In this document: positions 1 through 12,885 of the stretch, piece by piece
How the letters are laid out: the number at the start of each line of letters is the position of its first letter
Position numbering within the stretch: position 1 is the stretch's first letter
Assembly (NCBI GenBank): GCA_951406725.2
Contig: OX597838.1
Span: 5,952,001 to 6,016,000, forward strand
Direction: 5' to 3'
Origin: Octopus vulgaris
Lineage: Eukaryota
Length of the DNA: 64,000 nucleotides
The notes under the pieces: model-generated
Told to the model about the DNA's origin: nothing
The model's database searches: none
What the model saw: only the letters and a program-made list of their open reading frames with translations
Program-made: the position numbers and the translations under genes

Positions 1-1077
1 AGTAACAGATGCAACTATCTCTTCTCATAACGTTTACAATAGATTACTTATCACTGGCATTTAACTTCGTTGTATATGCTTCTAAAAATGACAACTCTTT
101 ATAACCTTAATCTTTCTTGACCCCGAGGTGATTTAATCGGTCATTATTTACACTGAGGGAAATCAATATCGACATCGGAACCTGATTTGATGCTTGCCTT
201 CACCTCTCTTTAGTTGCTCTGATCCCTTCTGAGTGCATTAAATCAGACGAAATAGCATTAGCCTACACTGTGTGATCTTGAGGTCAGCGACCTCATTTTG
301 ACTCTTCTAAGATGTTTTTAAAGTCGTCATGATAGGGTCTTGGTAACTCCACTTTGGTCCACTTTCGTGACTGCCAGAGATTTGCTTGTTCACTAAAAGT
401 AATCTCATTAGGGACCCAGGATTTGTGCATGCGCACTACATGTCTCGTCTAAGGCAACAGCAATTTATTTGCCTGTCACGTACATTAAACATCATTTTCA
501 CTATTTGGAAGAAAGGAGAAATCACTTTTAGTAAAAAAATCAAAAAAAAAAAAATCACTGGTATTACTTATATGTCATGCTTCTGAAGAGAGTCGTCAAA
601 ATTTGTTTTTCTTTCTTTTCTGTTTTAGCAATTTTACTGAAATTCCATTTACTTCGAACAGAAACGTGATGAAAGACGACCAAGAGATTTCATTTGCATC
701 TCAAAATAACATCTAAATTTTAAATCTGGTTTCACACATGCTGTCGCTTTTTTTCCCCCTTTCCAATAGATCTGTGAGTTATAAGTACTGGTACAGAGCT
801 TTAAAAATTAGTTTTAACACTAATTCTAAAACAAAATACATAAATCTTCCGTTTTTTTCTAGAAAATATCCTCGCTCTTTACACGCTGGTTTCAACTTTC
901 AACCATAAAAAAACAACAAAACTGTCATAATTTTTTCACATTAACAGAGTAGCTAAAATCACAGTAAGAAACTGAAAGCCTGTAGATACTCACGTGACTA
1001 CAAACGCTTGTAAAACATTTCAGAGAAATATAACAACAAAAATTCAAATATCTTTAAATAACAGAGGCGGGGGTGAC

Positions 1078-1080
<3 letters not shown>

Positions 1081-1136
<56 letters not shown>

Positions 1137-1268
1137 ATATATATATATATAATATATGTTATATAATATATATATATATATAGTATATATTATATAATAT
1201 ATATATATATATAATATATATTATATAATATATATATATATATATATATGATATATAGATATATATAT
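1081..1268. repeat. (TA)n compound microsatellite
   Basis: Directly visible interrupted TA array. Confidence 0.97.
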
Positions 1269-1562
1269 GCTCTGTGCGTCTAGGATTTAGAAGGCTACCC
1301 ACTGACGAACCTTGCCTGGGCAAACATATTCTGTATGTTTTGCTAGAAAGACGTAGAAACTGATCAGTCTGGGATACATCTATAATGGTAAATGTTTTTG
1401 ATTTTCATTCCTTTGATGAATTTATCCCTCTTTGTGTTTCTAGCACTTGCTTCCTTATTTGAGAACCTTTATTTTATTTCTATACGAAAAATATATCGTC
1501 TAATGACTACTTCGTCTTTTGTGCTAGGCCACTGGTAATAATAAATTATTACCCTTTTTAAT

Positions 1563-1565
<3 letters not shown>
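1269..1565 (+). mobile_element. Short (TA)n-flanked element carrying the hammerhead; probable Penelope-like pLTR or retrozyme remnant
   Basis: About 300 bp of unique sequence between two long (TA)n arrays, containing the hammerhead and a T-rich 3' part. Confidence 0.5.
1298..1373 (+). ncRNA. Type I hammerhead ribozyme motif with palindromic stem III (Penelope/retrozyme-like)
   Basis: CCCA(1298-1301)-CTGACGA(1302-1308)-stem II with inner hairpin GCAAACATA/TATGTTTTGC-GAAA(1356-1359)-CTGATCAG palindrome-TC(1368-1369)-TGGG(1370-1373). All core nucleotides are in the right order and the cleavage triplet is GUC. Confidence 0.75.
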
Positions 1566-1607
<42 letters not shown>

Positions 1608-1609
1608 CT

Positions 1610-1936
1610 AGCTTTCCAACTGCATGACTCTGGTGTCAGTGCCACTGAGTGACAAATTCGGCAAGTATTTGCTGCAATAGCTTCGAGATTTATTACATGG
1701 AAAGAGAAAGTAGTCTGTTGTCTGCGCGTATGTATGTGTGTGTATATGTGTGTTTTTGTGTCTGTGTTTGACGCATTGCTGCACAATCGGTGTTGGTGCG
1801 CTTTCGTACTCGTAATTGAGTGATTCCGCTAAAGAGTGTGATAGAATAAGAACCACGTTGAAACAACAAGGTCAACGAAATCCTTTCAGGTGGTGCTGAA
1901 GCATCGCTGCAGTTTACTGACTGAAACGATAATAAG
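1610..1936 (+). mobile_element. Degenerate family-C SINE
   Basis: Matches to the 25216 copy: CGGTGTTGGTG, GATAGAATAAG and GGTGGTGCTGAAGCATCGCTGCAGTTTACTGACTGAAAC tail. Confidence 0.55.
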
Positions 1937-2070
1937 TATATATATATATATATACATAGATGAGTGTATTTTTACCTTGTTAACAATTAACACGGAAAAA
2001 ATAAATAAATAGTTACCAGGGCAGCAAAAACTCACAAGTAAAGATGTTGTAACTCCATTTTTCATTCATA

Positions 2071-2110
<40 letters not shown>

Positions 2111-2112
<2 letters not shown>

Positions 2113-2304
2113 TGTCGTCATGATAGATCGTTAGCCACTACACACATTTTTGTCTCTCTTTGTTTCTCCCTGTGTCCGTCCCTTTCTGTGTAAAAGCGTA
2201 GGCTCGAAACGTAAAATACTTTTTCTATTACTCAACGTTATACAAATACATCTGTTTGTTTTGTACACCACATGTCTTCGACTTTTGTTTTTTTCGTAAG
2301 CTCT

Positions 2305-2308
<4 letters not shown>
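2111..2308 (+). mobile_element. Short (TA)n-flanked element with degenerate hammerhead-like 3' half
   Basis: About 200 bp between two TA arrays; contains AAGC-GTAG-GCTC-GAAA-CG-TA, but the CUGANGA box is not intact. Confidence 0.4.

Positions 2309-2378
<70 letters not shown>
2308..2378. repeat. (TA)n microsatellite
   Basis: Pure TA array. Confidence 0.97.
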
Positions 2379-2380
<2 letters not shown>

Positions 2381-2983
2381 CAACTGCTGGTAAATGCCAT
2401 AGCTATCTTTAATTTAGGGTTTCGGTAAAAGTTAAGGCGTAACTAACTTCCGTTAAAATATGTTTTGGCGTCGAGTTTTTCGAATAAATATTTCAAAGTA
2501 GTACTTCAGTAATGGCCGAATCTAATGAGTGAAACAGGTAAAAGATAAATGATAACACGTTCGGAAATGCCATTAATTTATTAATAGACATGGATTTGCT
2601 CAAATCGGGTGAGCACTATATATTTGATTTGTTTAAAATTACAATTCCTTCGCAGAGTACGGCAGACTGCTGCACAGAAGTAACACATGCAGTTTATATA
2701 GAGAAATATAAAGTAACACAAAATAGAAAAACACCATGAAATATGAGCAGTAAAAATCTGTTGGCTTTAACCCAAAATGTTACCGAAAGTGAAAAATAAA
2801 ATATTTTTATCAAGATTTATTAAAATTGGAACTTTTGAGAATTTAATATCGCTTTCGATTGATCCCTAAATATGTACACTTTTACTTTTATACATACAGA
2901 TATTCCTACAAAAATAAACACGTATGAACATACAGCCTGGCACACAAGTAAGCAGACACATACATAGACATACGCACATAAAC

Positions 2984-3101
<118 letters not shown>

Positions 3102-3919
3102 GCATTCACTAACAGAATTGCTTTCTCACATAGGTAGGTTTATGTTCAGATGTGTATGAACCGAAGTGTATTTCCGCGTGTCTGTTTGATTTTTGCATTT
3201 CAATAAGCTTATCACGTATATAAAATTGTACAAATGGTTGAAATCTACCTGGAAATTAACAACAAAAGTAAAAATGAAAAGGTGGGATCAACATTTATGC
3301 GTTCGTTTTCCTTTGACAATTTTACTTTCATGGAAATTAGTTTTATGATATTAAATAAGATCGCTTTAAAAATTTTATATTTGTTATCATAACGCTATCA
3401 CGTATTGAATATTTGTAATGTGTATGTTTGCATGCATTCCGTTGTGATTATATCTATTGAATTTTTTTACGGAAATATCATACCTGTATGAATATCGGAT
3501 TACGCATATATTCGTACACTGATACACAGGTGTACACGTAGACGCATATGATTTATACATATATACGAATTACACAGCATATAAACGAGTGCATATGTGT
3601 GAAATATTTATGTTTAACTATCTGTATATGCATTTACCTATATCCTCCTTTCTCTCTCACTCTCTTTTTCTTTACAGACAAACACATATAAAATATGACA
3701 GAAAGAAATTGCAATTCGGGTGAGTCTTTATTGAGAACCACTACAAACGTTTCGAACAAGTAATGCACCGGTGCCTTCCAGGTGAGACGTTGTACAAACA
3801 GTTGCTGTTTTCAGGTAGCCCAATGCTGTGAAAAGCGTTTAAAAAGTATACCACAAGGCGTATACCCAAATAATATATATATATATTTGCATGTGTGTCT
3901 GTGTTCGTGCGTGCGTATG

Positions 3920-3924
<5 letters not shown>

Positions 3925-3974
<50 letters not shown>
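3925..3974. repeat. (TA)n microsatellite
   Basis: Pure TA array. Confidence 0.95.
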
Positions 3975-3980
<6 letters not shown>

Positions 3981-4265
3981 TTACATATAAAGATTAGTAG
4001 AGATAGAGGGTGGAATAACCGTCTAAGGGATAAAAATATCCGTATTATTATCGCTATAATTACCTATGCTAACTCTGGGCATGCATATGCAAGCATAGCA
4101 TGCGCATAGCTTACACGCAATGACAAGGATGAACATGGGTTTATCAGGAATCAAATTTACAGTAAGCAGAAGATTGAGAAATATTGATCAGCAACAATTC
4201 ACTAGCATCGATTATTACTTTTTAATACAACTAAACTGTATCCCATCTAACAGCTGTTTCTGCTT

Positions 4266-4340
4266 CCACATGGTTCCAGTGAACCCGGAACCATGTGGTT
4301 CGTAAGCAAGCTACTTACTACACAGCCGCTCCTACGCCTA
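4266..4340 (-). mobile_element. Family-C SINE tRNA-like head fragment with small inverted duplication
   Basis: GAACCCGGAACCATGTGGTT...CTACTTACTACACAGCCGCTCCTACGCC is the reverse complement of the 25216 head; CCACATGGTTCC upstream inverts GGAACCATGTGG. Confidence 0.7.
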
Positions 4341-4410
4341 TGTATATATTTATATGTATAAATATATATATATATATATTTCGGTTGAATTCAGGCAAAA
4401 ATTTGAAACC

Positions 4411-4450
4411 ATTATTATAGTCATCATCATTATTGCCATTATTATTGTTA

Positions 4451-4497
<47 letters not shown>

Positions 4498-4532
4498 GTT
4501 GTTGTTGTTGACGTCGTATTGTTATTATTATT
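4411..4532. repeat. (TTA)n/(TTG)n trinucleotide microsatellite
   Basis: Directly visible. Confidence 0.95.
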
Positions 4533-5300
4533 AGAGGCATATTGTTGATTGCGGGGAAATATTGCGGAGATTATTAAGTCATACTAGTTGACCAAAATTT
4601 GTTAAAATCATGAATATTCATATATACAAGACCAAGAAATATTCCAAAGAGAAATACGTTAATAAAACATAATTTGTAGATAACAATTCTACAACTAATA
4701 CAAATAATTATTTTATTATTTATAACTTTTTTTTAATATTTATCCTCTTCATCATCATTTCAATTCGAATAATAATAATTATATTTGAACGAATAATAAT
4801 ATCTACAGAAGCTTCAGCTTGTATGATTCCAAGCGATAAGTAACTTCTTTTTCATTTTGTTTCTATTTACCATTTTCTTTAATTTCATTATTCCAATAAT
4901 TATTTTTCCTTTGCCTTCAAGCAAAACAATAGTTTGCGAACAAGGTTATACAAGATAATGGAACGTAATCTCCAGACATAGAGTTCCGTTGAGCATGATG
5001 TGTAATATTTCCCTGCTTTCGGATGTATCCTTCAATTGACCTTCACACGATTCCTTTACAAAAGCATCCAATAGCTTTCATCTAATGAAATATTCATTAG
5101 AAATGTCTGAAATTCACTGAATGACGTACAGCGATTCAGAATTTGTAGTTCACGTACTATTTTATGAGTTCATCGGTACAGGTGTGTGACTATGTTGATG
5201 CAAAGATAATCTGCTTGTTGACGATTATTTATACGAAGGAGAGAGGACTGCGATACATATATAAGTATACGTATTTGATATTTCCTGACGTGTTCATATG

Positions 5301-5599
5301 TATTTCTTTATTTCCCAAAGTGGGCTAAACTTAGAGGGGACAAAAGATCACAGACAAAGGGATTAAGTGGGTTACATCGACCCCAGTACGTAAACGGTAC
5401 TTATTTAATCGACCACGAAAGGATGAAAGACAAAGTCGACATCGGCGGAAATTGAACACAGAACATTACGGTTGACGAAATACCTATTTCTTTACTACCC
5501 ACAAGGGGATAAACACAGAGAGGACAAACAAAGACAGACAAACGGATTAAGTCGATTACATCGACGCCAGTACGTAAACGGTACTTATTTAATCGACTC
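5301..5599 (-). mobile_element. Family-A SINE, headless tandem dimer
   Basis: Two consecutive reverse-complement body units joined at GAAATACCTATTTC (5477-5490). Confidence 0.9.
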
Positions 5600-5839
5600 A
5601 CTGCTTTTCCTCACATATACATGTTGATTATACATATATACACATACTATATACATACGCACAATTACACATACCGACAAACACACATACATACACAAAT
5701 ACACACACTCACACAAACATATACTGGTATGTATCTATCAAATATATAACTATTTGTATTTGATATTTACTCGCGTGTACATGTTGATTATGCAGACAGA
5801 CATACAAACACATACGCGAACATGCACACACGCGGACAC

Positions 5840-5883
5840 ACTCTCAAACACACACACATCCACACACACACACATATATATAT

Positions 5884-5942
<59 letters not shown>
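5840..5942. repeat. (CA)n/(TA)n microsatellite
   Basis: Directly visible. Confidence 0.9.
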
Positions 5943-5945
<3 letters not shown>

Positions 5946-6895
5946 CACTACTTTATTTTGAGTTTGCTTGTCTTAACAATATGTTTCCTAGTATTGAGCT
6001 ATTATTCTCAGTATGTTCAGCTTGTATAACAATCTCTGTTGCTGAGAACTGGATGGTTACTTGCTGCCACGCATATATTCACAAATCACATCTCTCTCAC
6101 ACACACACATACACACATACACATCAGCCTTGTATTCAACGTCGAATCACGCACTTTCCACAACAATCACAGCTCTCATTCCTTTTCCTCCATTACTGGA
6201 ACCTAGGTTTTCTCACAAATGATCCTAGTATATATTTTTGCTGCCCCTCTTGATATGCAACTCTTCAAGAAAAGGGTTAACTGCATGGATCCGTTGTGAT
6301 TTGGGACGCTTGGGAATTCTTTGCAGTTACCTTCCATTCAGGACTAGCTGAAAATATTAACACTCGATACAGGGAAGATAACAATTCCCCCAAATAATTA
6401 ATTGCGTATGACTATATCCCGAACGTTTCGACTTTGCCCTTTTATTATTCTGAAGTCAGTATAATACCGTTGAATATATCTAGTAGAACATTTCCCAAAT
6501 TTCTTACATTGCATCTATATTTCATGACAATTGCTATGACAATTGCTATGCGAGATCTTACGGAGATGAGTTGGAAGAAGTATTAGAGCGTTCAAATAAT
6601 ATCTAGCGATATCTCTTCTTAATCATTCTGTGTCGCATTCGTGATCAATTTTGACTGCTAATCCTACAATATCGAAAATTAGTAGATCATTATTTAGTAA
6701 CCAATCCTACAAGATCGATACTTAGTAGTAACGTGGGAGACCTGGATTCGATCCTGACAGAGGTAGAAACTTCTCTGCCAGCCAACCCAAATGCATATCA
6801 TATGCATATGGGCATTGGGGGAAAAGCATGAGGAAGGTATATATTTGCTCAGCGATTTGGATAATGAAGAGATGGAACAGGCATAAGAAAAGTCG

Positions 6896-6963
6896 TATAT
6901 ATATATATATGTGTGTGTGTGTATGTGTGTGTGTGTTTGTGTGTGTTTGTGTGTGTGTGTGTG
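6896..6963. repeat. (TA)n(TG)n microsatellite
   Basis: Directly visible. Confidence 0.9.
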
Positions 6964-9342
6964 AAAAGACATTAAGAAGCTAGTGCAAGCGTAGAAAAAG
7001 ATTAAGCAAATTCTATCTGAAAGAGCTTGCAGCTTAAATAGTTTCAAAATACTTAAGCACATCTTACAAGAAAACAAGGTTATTCAACTGAATGCAAAAT
7101 GATTTTATCTCAACATCACAAAAAAAAATGTAACGACTCTAAGATACTGCAACCAACAAGAACGGGATTGGCAGAAAGGAATATGATACAAAAATTATTT
7201 TGCAGAATAATAAATAGCTAAATGGATGAAAAGGAATATTATTGTAAGATACATCCGATGAAAATGACACCGAACTCTCTAGAACTGTAACCACTTGGAA
7301 ATTTTCCTTGATTGAATATGTAGCCCGGTTTAGCCTGAAACACTTTATTATACTCGTGAAAATACTGCGGCAATAAGTAAAATGTCATATGAAGCAGACG
7401 CAGAAACAGTACTTGAGTGTTTGCTAAGTAAGTGAAACATTAATTGTGGAAGACAAAATTACCGACAACCACCATAAGTAGACGTCAAGAAAGTACTTTT
7501 GTAACAAGAGATAAAATCTTTAAATTTACAGTAGGTTGCTCTTCGATTGACGACTGGTTCAGAATTGACATGTGACTGCAGTTCTGCCACTCGTAGAGAA
7601 ACTCTGTCTTTAATAAAACTGCTTCACTTACAATATGATCAAAGGTACGACCTCCTAATATTTCCTTCCGCAATTTATACACCACTCAGAAGGGGTTTTT
7701 TTTTTCGGTTTTGAAACACATTCTCAAGTAGGTTTTCTGTGGTGTGCGCAATTTTTGCAAAGAATTTAATTCAATAAAAGCCATCGTTAAGAGTGCAAAA
7801 ATAGTCTGCATTATCCGGTCTGTTGAGTTTGATATGTATTGGATGATATTTGCCACTTGATTTATGAAACAAAATCCATGGTCCAATAGTGGCGTGATAC
7901 ATGCGTGTAGACAAAAATATACGAAATATTAAATTATGCTTCCTTACTTTTTCAAGATCTAACCATATTCGTCTTGGCCTTGCAACCATAAGTAACCTAT
8001 AGAAGTGGACCATTTGATTTTTGATATCCATTAAATAAACTATTTTTGAACGGTGTAAAGGAAGAGAATATGAAGCTAGAACAAATACCGAAGAGAAAGC
8101 AGGAAAGTGCATGGCGTAGGCAGAGATGCCAGTTCGGTGGGAAATATATTTCGTAGCATTTAGTTATATGATACTACTTTCTCGCTTGAAATTGCATTCA
8201 GGTCACCGTTACGTTTTTATATATTCACGAACGAGAGCCGTAAAGATCGTCTATACCATTCACCCCATCTGATTTTATGTATCTGCTATAAATCATTGTG
8301 TATCAAACTTAGTTATGTAGGCATGTATACCAATATGCGATTTACTATACGAATCTACTCAAGTAATTGCAGGATATCTAATAAAGAAACTTCTTTATAT
8401 AATAATATTCTTAGCGTATGAATGTGACGATCGCATGCGTGATATACGTAAGTAAAGATAATCTGGGTCATCACAATTATTTCCTCATTTGAATCATTAC
8501 CTCTTTCTGTTTAGTCAATTCAATTTCGATCAATCGATCAGGCATGTTCTGAATAATAATGTAATCCCACAGTCCGATTATGTATTATCGATAGCATCCT
8601 CGTTTAAAACTTAAATATCTTCACAGCTTGGCTAAGGAAGTTGCTTCAAGGTAGCGCTGCAACCACAACCGTTATTCTACCCCATTTGGCTTAATACTTT
8701 CTAATTAATATCAAACACATAAAATTCTCCATTCCTTACTTTACACCTTAATAAATGGTCGATATTTTATATGGAACAAAAATATCATCGACAAATAAAA
8801 CAAGCGATGCAGGTTTTAGTTCAATATGGTTGGTGTTAGTATTATCGTTAGGATTATAATTATCATTGGTTTATGCATCAAAACGGGAATTAATAATGCG
8901 TTACACTAACGTTGAAATAATGTTCCTTTTAATTTATTTTCGCAATAAAGCATGCCTCTCCTTCTTTTTTATCTAATTCCAGTTAATGCAATTTATTCTT
9001 GACAAATAACAAAATGGCTGTAAATTAATTCCGCACACGTTGCATGCTTTTCCTGCCTAAAAACCTCGCTGATATGGCATAACCTTTGCCAAATCTTGTG
9101 ACCGGAAACTATGCTGAGAGAAAAACGTGTTGATTTCGTTCTCGCTGTGAACACACAAATACACACACACACACTCTCTATCTCTCTCTCTCTCTCTGTA
9201 GAAAATATTTGCCGTTGCCTTTTTCATGTCCGCCAATGCTGCTTGTTAAAATGGCGCCTGTTATTCCTTACTTACTCCTACGTATATGCCATCAGCAGCA
9301 GCTGTCAATATTTGTTTTCATTTTTAAATTATTTCCCTTCCT

Positions 9343-9941
9343 AAGGCGGCAAGCTTGCAGTAACGTTATCACGTCAGGTGAAATATTTAGCGGCATTTCG
9401 TTTGTCTTTACGTTGTGAGTTCAATTTGCGCCGAGGGTGATTTTGCCTTTCATCCTTCGGGGTCGATTAAATAAGTACCAGTTACGCACTGGGGTCGTGG
9501 TTATCGACTTAATCCGTTTGTCTGTCCTTGTTTGTCCTCTCTGTGTGTAGCCCCTTGTGGGTAGAAAAGAAATAGGTATTTCATCTGCCGCTACGTCCTG
9601 AGTTCAAAATTACGCCGAGGTTGACTTTGCCTTTCATCCTTTCGGAGTCGATTAAATAAATGCCAGTTACACACTGGGGTCTATATAATCGATTTAATCC
9701 GTGTGTCTGTCCTTGTTCATCTCCTCTGTGCTTAGCCCCTTGTGGGTAGCAAAGAAATAGAAATAGGTATTTTGTCTGCGCTACGTTCTGAGTTCAAATT
9801 CCGCTTAGGTAAACTTTGCCTTTCATTCTTTCGGGGTCGATTAAATTGTGTACCAGTTGCGTACAGATGTCGATGTAATCGACAGCCCCACACACACTCC
9901 TCAAGAATTTCGGGCTTGGGCCTAGAGTAGAAAAGAATATT
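9343..9941 (+). mobile_element. Family-A SINE trimer (head + 3 body units; last unit has alternative tail B)
   Basis: Head GGCGGCAAGCTTGCAG; units start at 9392, 9575 and 9766; each has a GAGTTCAA B-box and GCCTTTCAT(C/T)CTT(T)CGG(G/A)GTCGAT central domain. Confidence 0.92.
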
Positions 9942-9971
9942 TGTCTTTATTTCAGAAAAGAAAATTAAAAC

Positions 9972-10037
9972 ATTATTTTACCCGATATTTTACCCCTTTA
10001 TTATACCCTGTTATTTTACCCCTATTATTTTACCCGT
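9972..10037. repeat. TATTTTACCC-type minisatellite
   Basis: About 5 imperfect copies of TATTTTACCC. Confidence 0.75.
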
Positions 10038-10420
10038 AAGCGTATTAATTTTTCTACTGATACATCCCACGTTGAGTAGGAAATTGAGTAACGAAACACA
10101 CTCATATTTCTCTTTTTGACATTTTGTGCCGCGAACGTACATTGGGCGCCTATAATTAAACACAAATACCTTGTAGTTCAAAAAGTGAGTTATAATGTTA
10201 CTTTCACATGCATGAAACTTATGGAGTACGTAAACCAAAATATTTTAAATTACGACCGTAATTTGAAATCCTGCTGTCTCGGTTCACCGACAATGGGTTA
10301 TTCCTCTACGGCACACAACATTAAGCCGTCATACTGTTTGCTTTAATTGTTTTCTGACTTTCTTACAGATGTCAAAATCGAATATTTAGTCCCTTCATAT
10401 ATTCGGTCGTTATCTTATGG

Positions 10421-10811
10421 GTGGAGGCGCAATGGCCCAGTGGTTAGGGCAGCGGACTCGCGGTCATAGGATCGTGGTTTCGATTCCCAGCCCAGGCGTT
10501 GTGAGTGTTTATTGAGCGAAAACACCTAAAGCTCCACGAGGCTCCGGCAGGGGATGGTGGTGATACCTGCTGTACTCTTTCACCACAACTTTCTCTCACT
10601 CTTACTTCCTGTTTCTGTTGTACCTGTATTTCAAGGGGCCGGCCTTGCCACTCTCTGTGTCACGCTGAATATCCCCGAGAACTACGTTAAGGGTACACGT
10701 GTCTGTGGAGTGCTCAGTCACTTACACGTTAATTTCACGAGCAGGCTGTACCGTTGATTCGGATCAACCGGAACTCTCATCGTCGTAACCGATGGAGTGT
10801 TTCCCCCTCCC
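10421..10811 (+). mobile_element. Full-length tRNA-derived SINE, family B with tail X (resembles octopus OR-type SINEs)
   Basis: A-box TGGCCCAGTGG, B-box GGTTTCGATTCC, anticodon-like TCG; 13-bp target-site duplication CGTTATCTTATGG at 10408-10420 and 10812-10824. Confidence 0.9.
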
Positions 10812-10867
10812 CGTTATCTTATGGAAATATCTAACAGAAAATTGTTGCGCTAATATGGTAATATGTG

Positions 10868-11245
10868 TTTCAAATTTTGGCACAAGGCCAGCGATTTCGG
10901 GGGAATGGGTAATTCGACTGCAGCGACCATAGTGCACAAATGGAAACTATTTACCGACCCCGAATGGATGAGAGGCAATATTAAACCTCCCTCGGCATTT
11001 GAAATCGGAAGGTAAAGACGGACGAAATGGCTTTAAGCATTTTATTCGGAGAGCTAACGTTTCAACTAGCTAACCACCTTTATTACCTTGTTAGTCTTAG
11101 GATGTATATAGTATTAGTTTGAAAGGTTTACACTAGGGGCCAGCCAGCAATCACGAGGTAGGTGGGGTAAGCCGATTATTCAACTGTTATTTATTTCACC
11201 GGCACAGAGCAGAGGAAAGGCAAAGTCGACTTCGGGAGAATGTGT
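10868..11245 (-). mobile_element. Two degenerate family-A (tail B) SINE copies
   Basis: GGCACAAGGCCAGC tail, CCGACCCCGAATGGATG, GACGGACGAAATG; second partial copy with GAAAGGCAAAGTCGACTTCGG. Confidence 0.65.
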
Positions 11246-12851
11246 CAGCAGAGAGGCATCCAATAGACATGGCATCGAGGCGGCCCTGCCCCGTTAAAGT
11301 GTAAGAAATAAAGAGCCCAAAATTTTCCCTGTGGAGAGTGGACTGCACTCAAATCCCTCCTGCTATTCACCTATCCACAGTTCTACACTACCAAAACCTT
11401 ACAACGTTAACTAAATATCACTACAGACAATAATCTAGTATTGAGTTGGAATGTTACAGTTGCATTTCTAAGAGTTATTGACAACGTTAAATGGCTTCAA
11501 AAGGTTTCATTCTCCTGTAAATACACCCATGTATTCACACACAAAATTATACATGAAAGAAGTCAGTACAATTTTTAGAAACTACATTTCTAATTTATAA
11601 CAAACAATGTTTTACTCGTATCGAATAGTTTACTACTTTGTATCAAAAAGAAGTAGCTATTTTCCATCAAAGAACTTACAACTTTTATATCAAAGGCGTT
11701 GCAAATGTAATACTAACGGAAAGTTAGGCATTAGCAAATAATGTTTAAAGAGTGTACATTTGACTTTCTTAACTTTAGGTCGATCGAAGATGTAAGTGGC
11801 GTGAAAGCGCTTTGTATGTAAACATGTTCATACATATTCACTTAGAAATGCTGTATAAACTAAATGATTCATCTTATATATAAAAGCATTGCTGCACAAA
11901 TATGCCACTCTGAAGTTGAGTTACAATTTCAAGGTCACCATAAATTATTCCTCGTGCATTCATTAAACGGATGGTGCATAATTATTTTACTACGCATTTA
12001 GCTTTAAGTCGACCCGGATTGTGCAGATGTATGTATAAACGTATTCCAGCCACGAACATTCGGCTTGTTGCAGATAGATTTCTGGTCCTTGGCAAAACGT
12101 TAAATGCATGTTATTCAGGACTCAAGACTTTCGATAAATATAGAGTTCATATTGTTCCCCAATTATCAGTGAATTTTGTTGGGCTGCGAAGATTGTACTT
12201 ATAAAAAGACTCACTTTTTTGGTAGATATCAGAAAATAGTTTTGTGGATATGTCATAAAGAATAGAAGTAAGGCTGACTGCAGACAGGTTGTATAACCCA
12301 AAGAGCGCGTGTACAAAACCCTGAAATAGCACAAGCTAGCCGTCTCTGTAAGAGTTCAATATATACTGTGGTTTAAGTGTAGGACTGAATAAACAATAAA
12401 ACAGCACTTTCAGGGTGAATCGTGAGAAGGCAAATGCTAAACCTCATTTGTATATTCAACTCTCCAAAGAAAAAAAAGCAGTAATTATTTTAAGATTTCG
12501 CTATGGATGTTCACCATCGTTGACACATGGAGAGAGAAGAGAGAAAGTTTGTAGATTATATCCTTTATTGAAAAATATATTTCCTAATAACGTGGGTAGA
12601 TTTGAGATAGATGTTACTGGTAAACAATTTGAGTGGCAATCGTTGCAGCTAATTGTCACATAATTTAGAATAAATGCTATATGGAGAGGCAATGTAAACA
12701 CTAAAACTATCAAACTCCACAACTCAGAGAATCAGTTGCATTGCTGTATTGGTACATCACCGTTCAACCTCTCCTTCAAAATATAAAGATATTTCAAATT
12801 ATATAATGAGATCGAGAGGACTATGCCTTATAATTTATATAGGTATATAAA

Positions 12852-12885
<34 letters not shown>

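Noticed and set aside
3731-3742. TTGAGAACCACT hAT-like right TIR
   Set aside because: No matching left TIR nearby.
5082-5101. Short perfect hairpin CTAATGAA-ATA-TTCATTAG
   Set aside because: Short and AT-rich; expected by chance at this composition.
6736-6790. B-box-like GGATTCGATCC plus small hairpin
   Set aside because: No A-box or cloverleaf; at most a tiny SINE or tRNA relic.
7485-8112. Chain of minus-strand ORFs in non-repetitive sequence
   Set aside because: No recognisable domain or convincing splice pattern; a decayed element cannot be excluded without a search.
9343-9941. CRISPR-like regular repeats
   Set aside because: Units are about 185-bp SINE bodies with no unique spacers; eukaryotic context and no cas genes.
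10423-10497. tRNA-Arg-like sequence (also 18904)
   Set aside because: It is a SINE head: no proper acceptor stem, and it continues into a SINE body flanked by a TSD.
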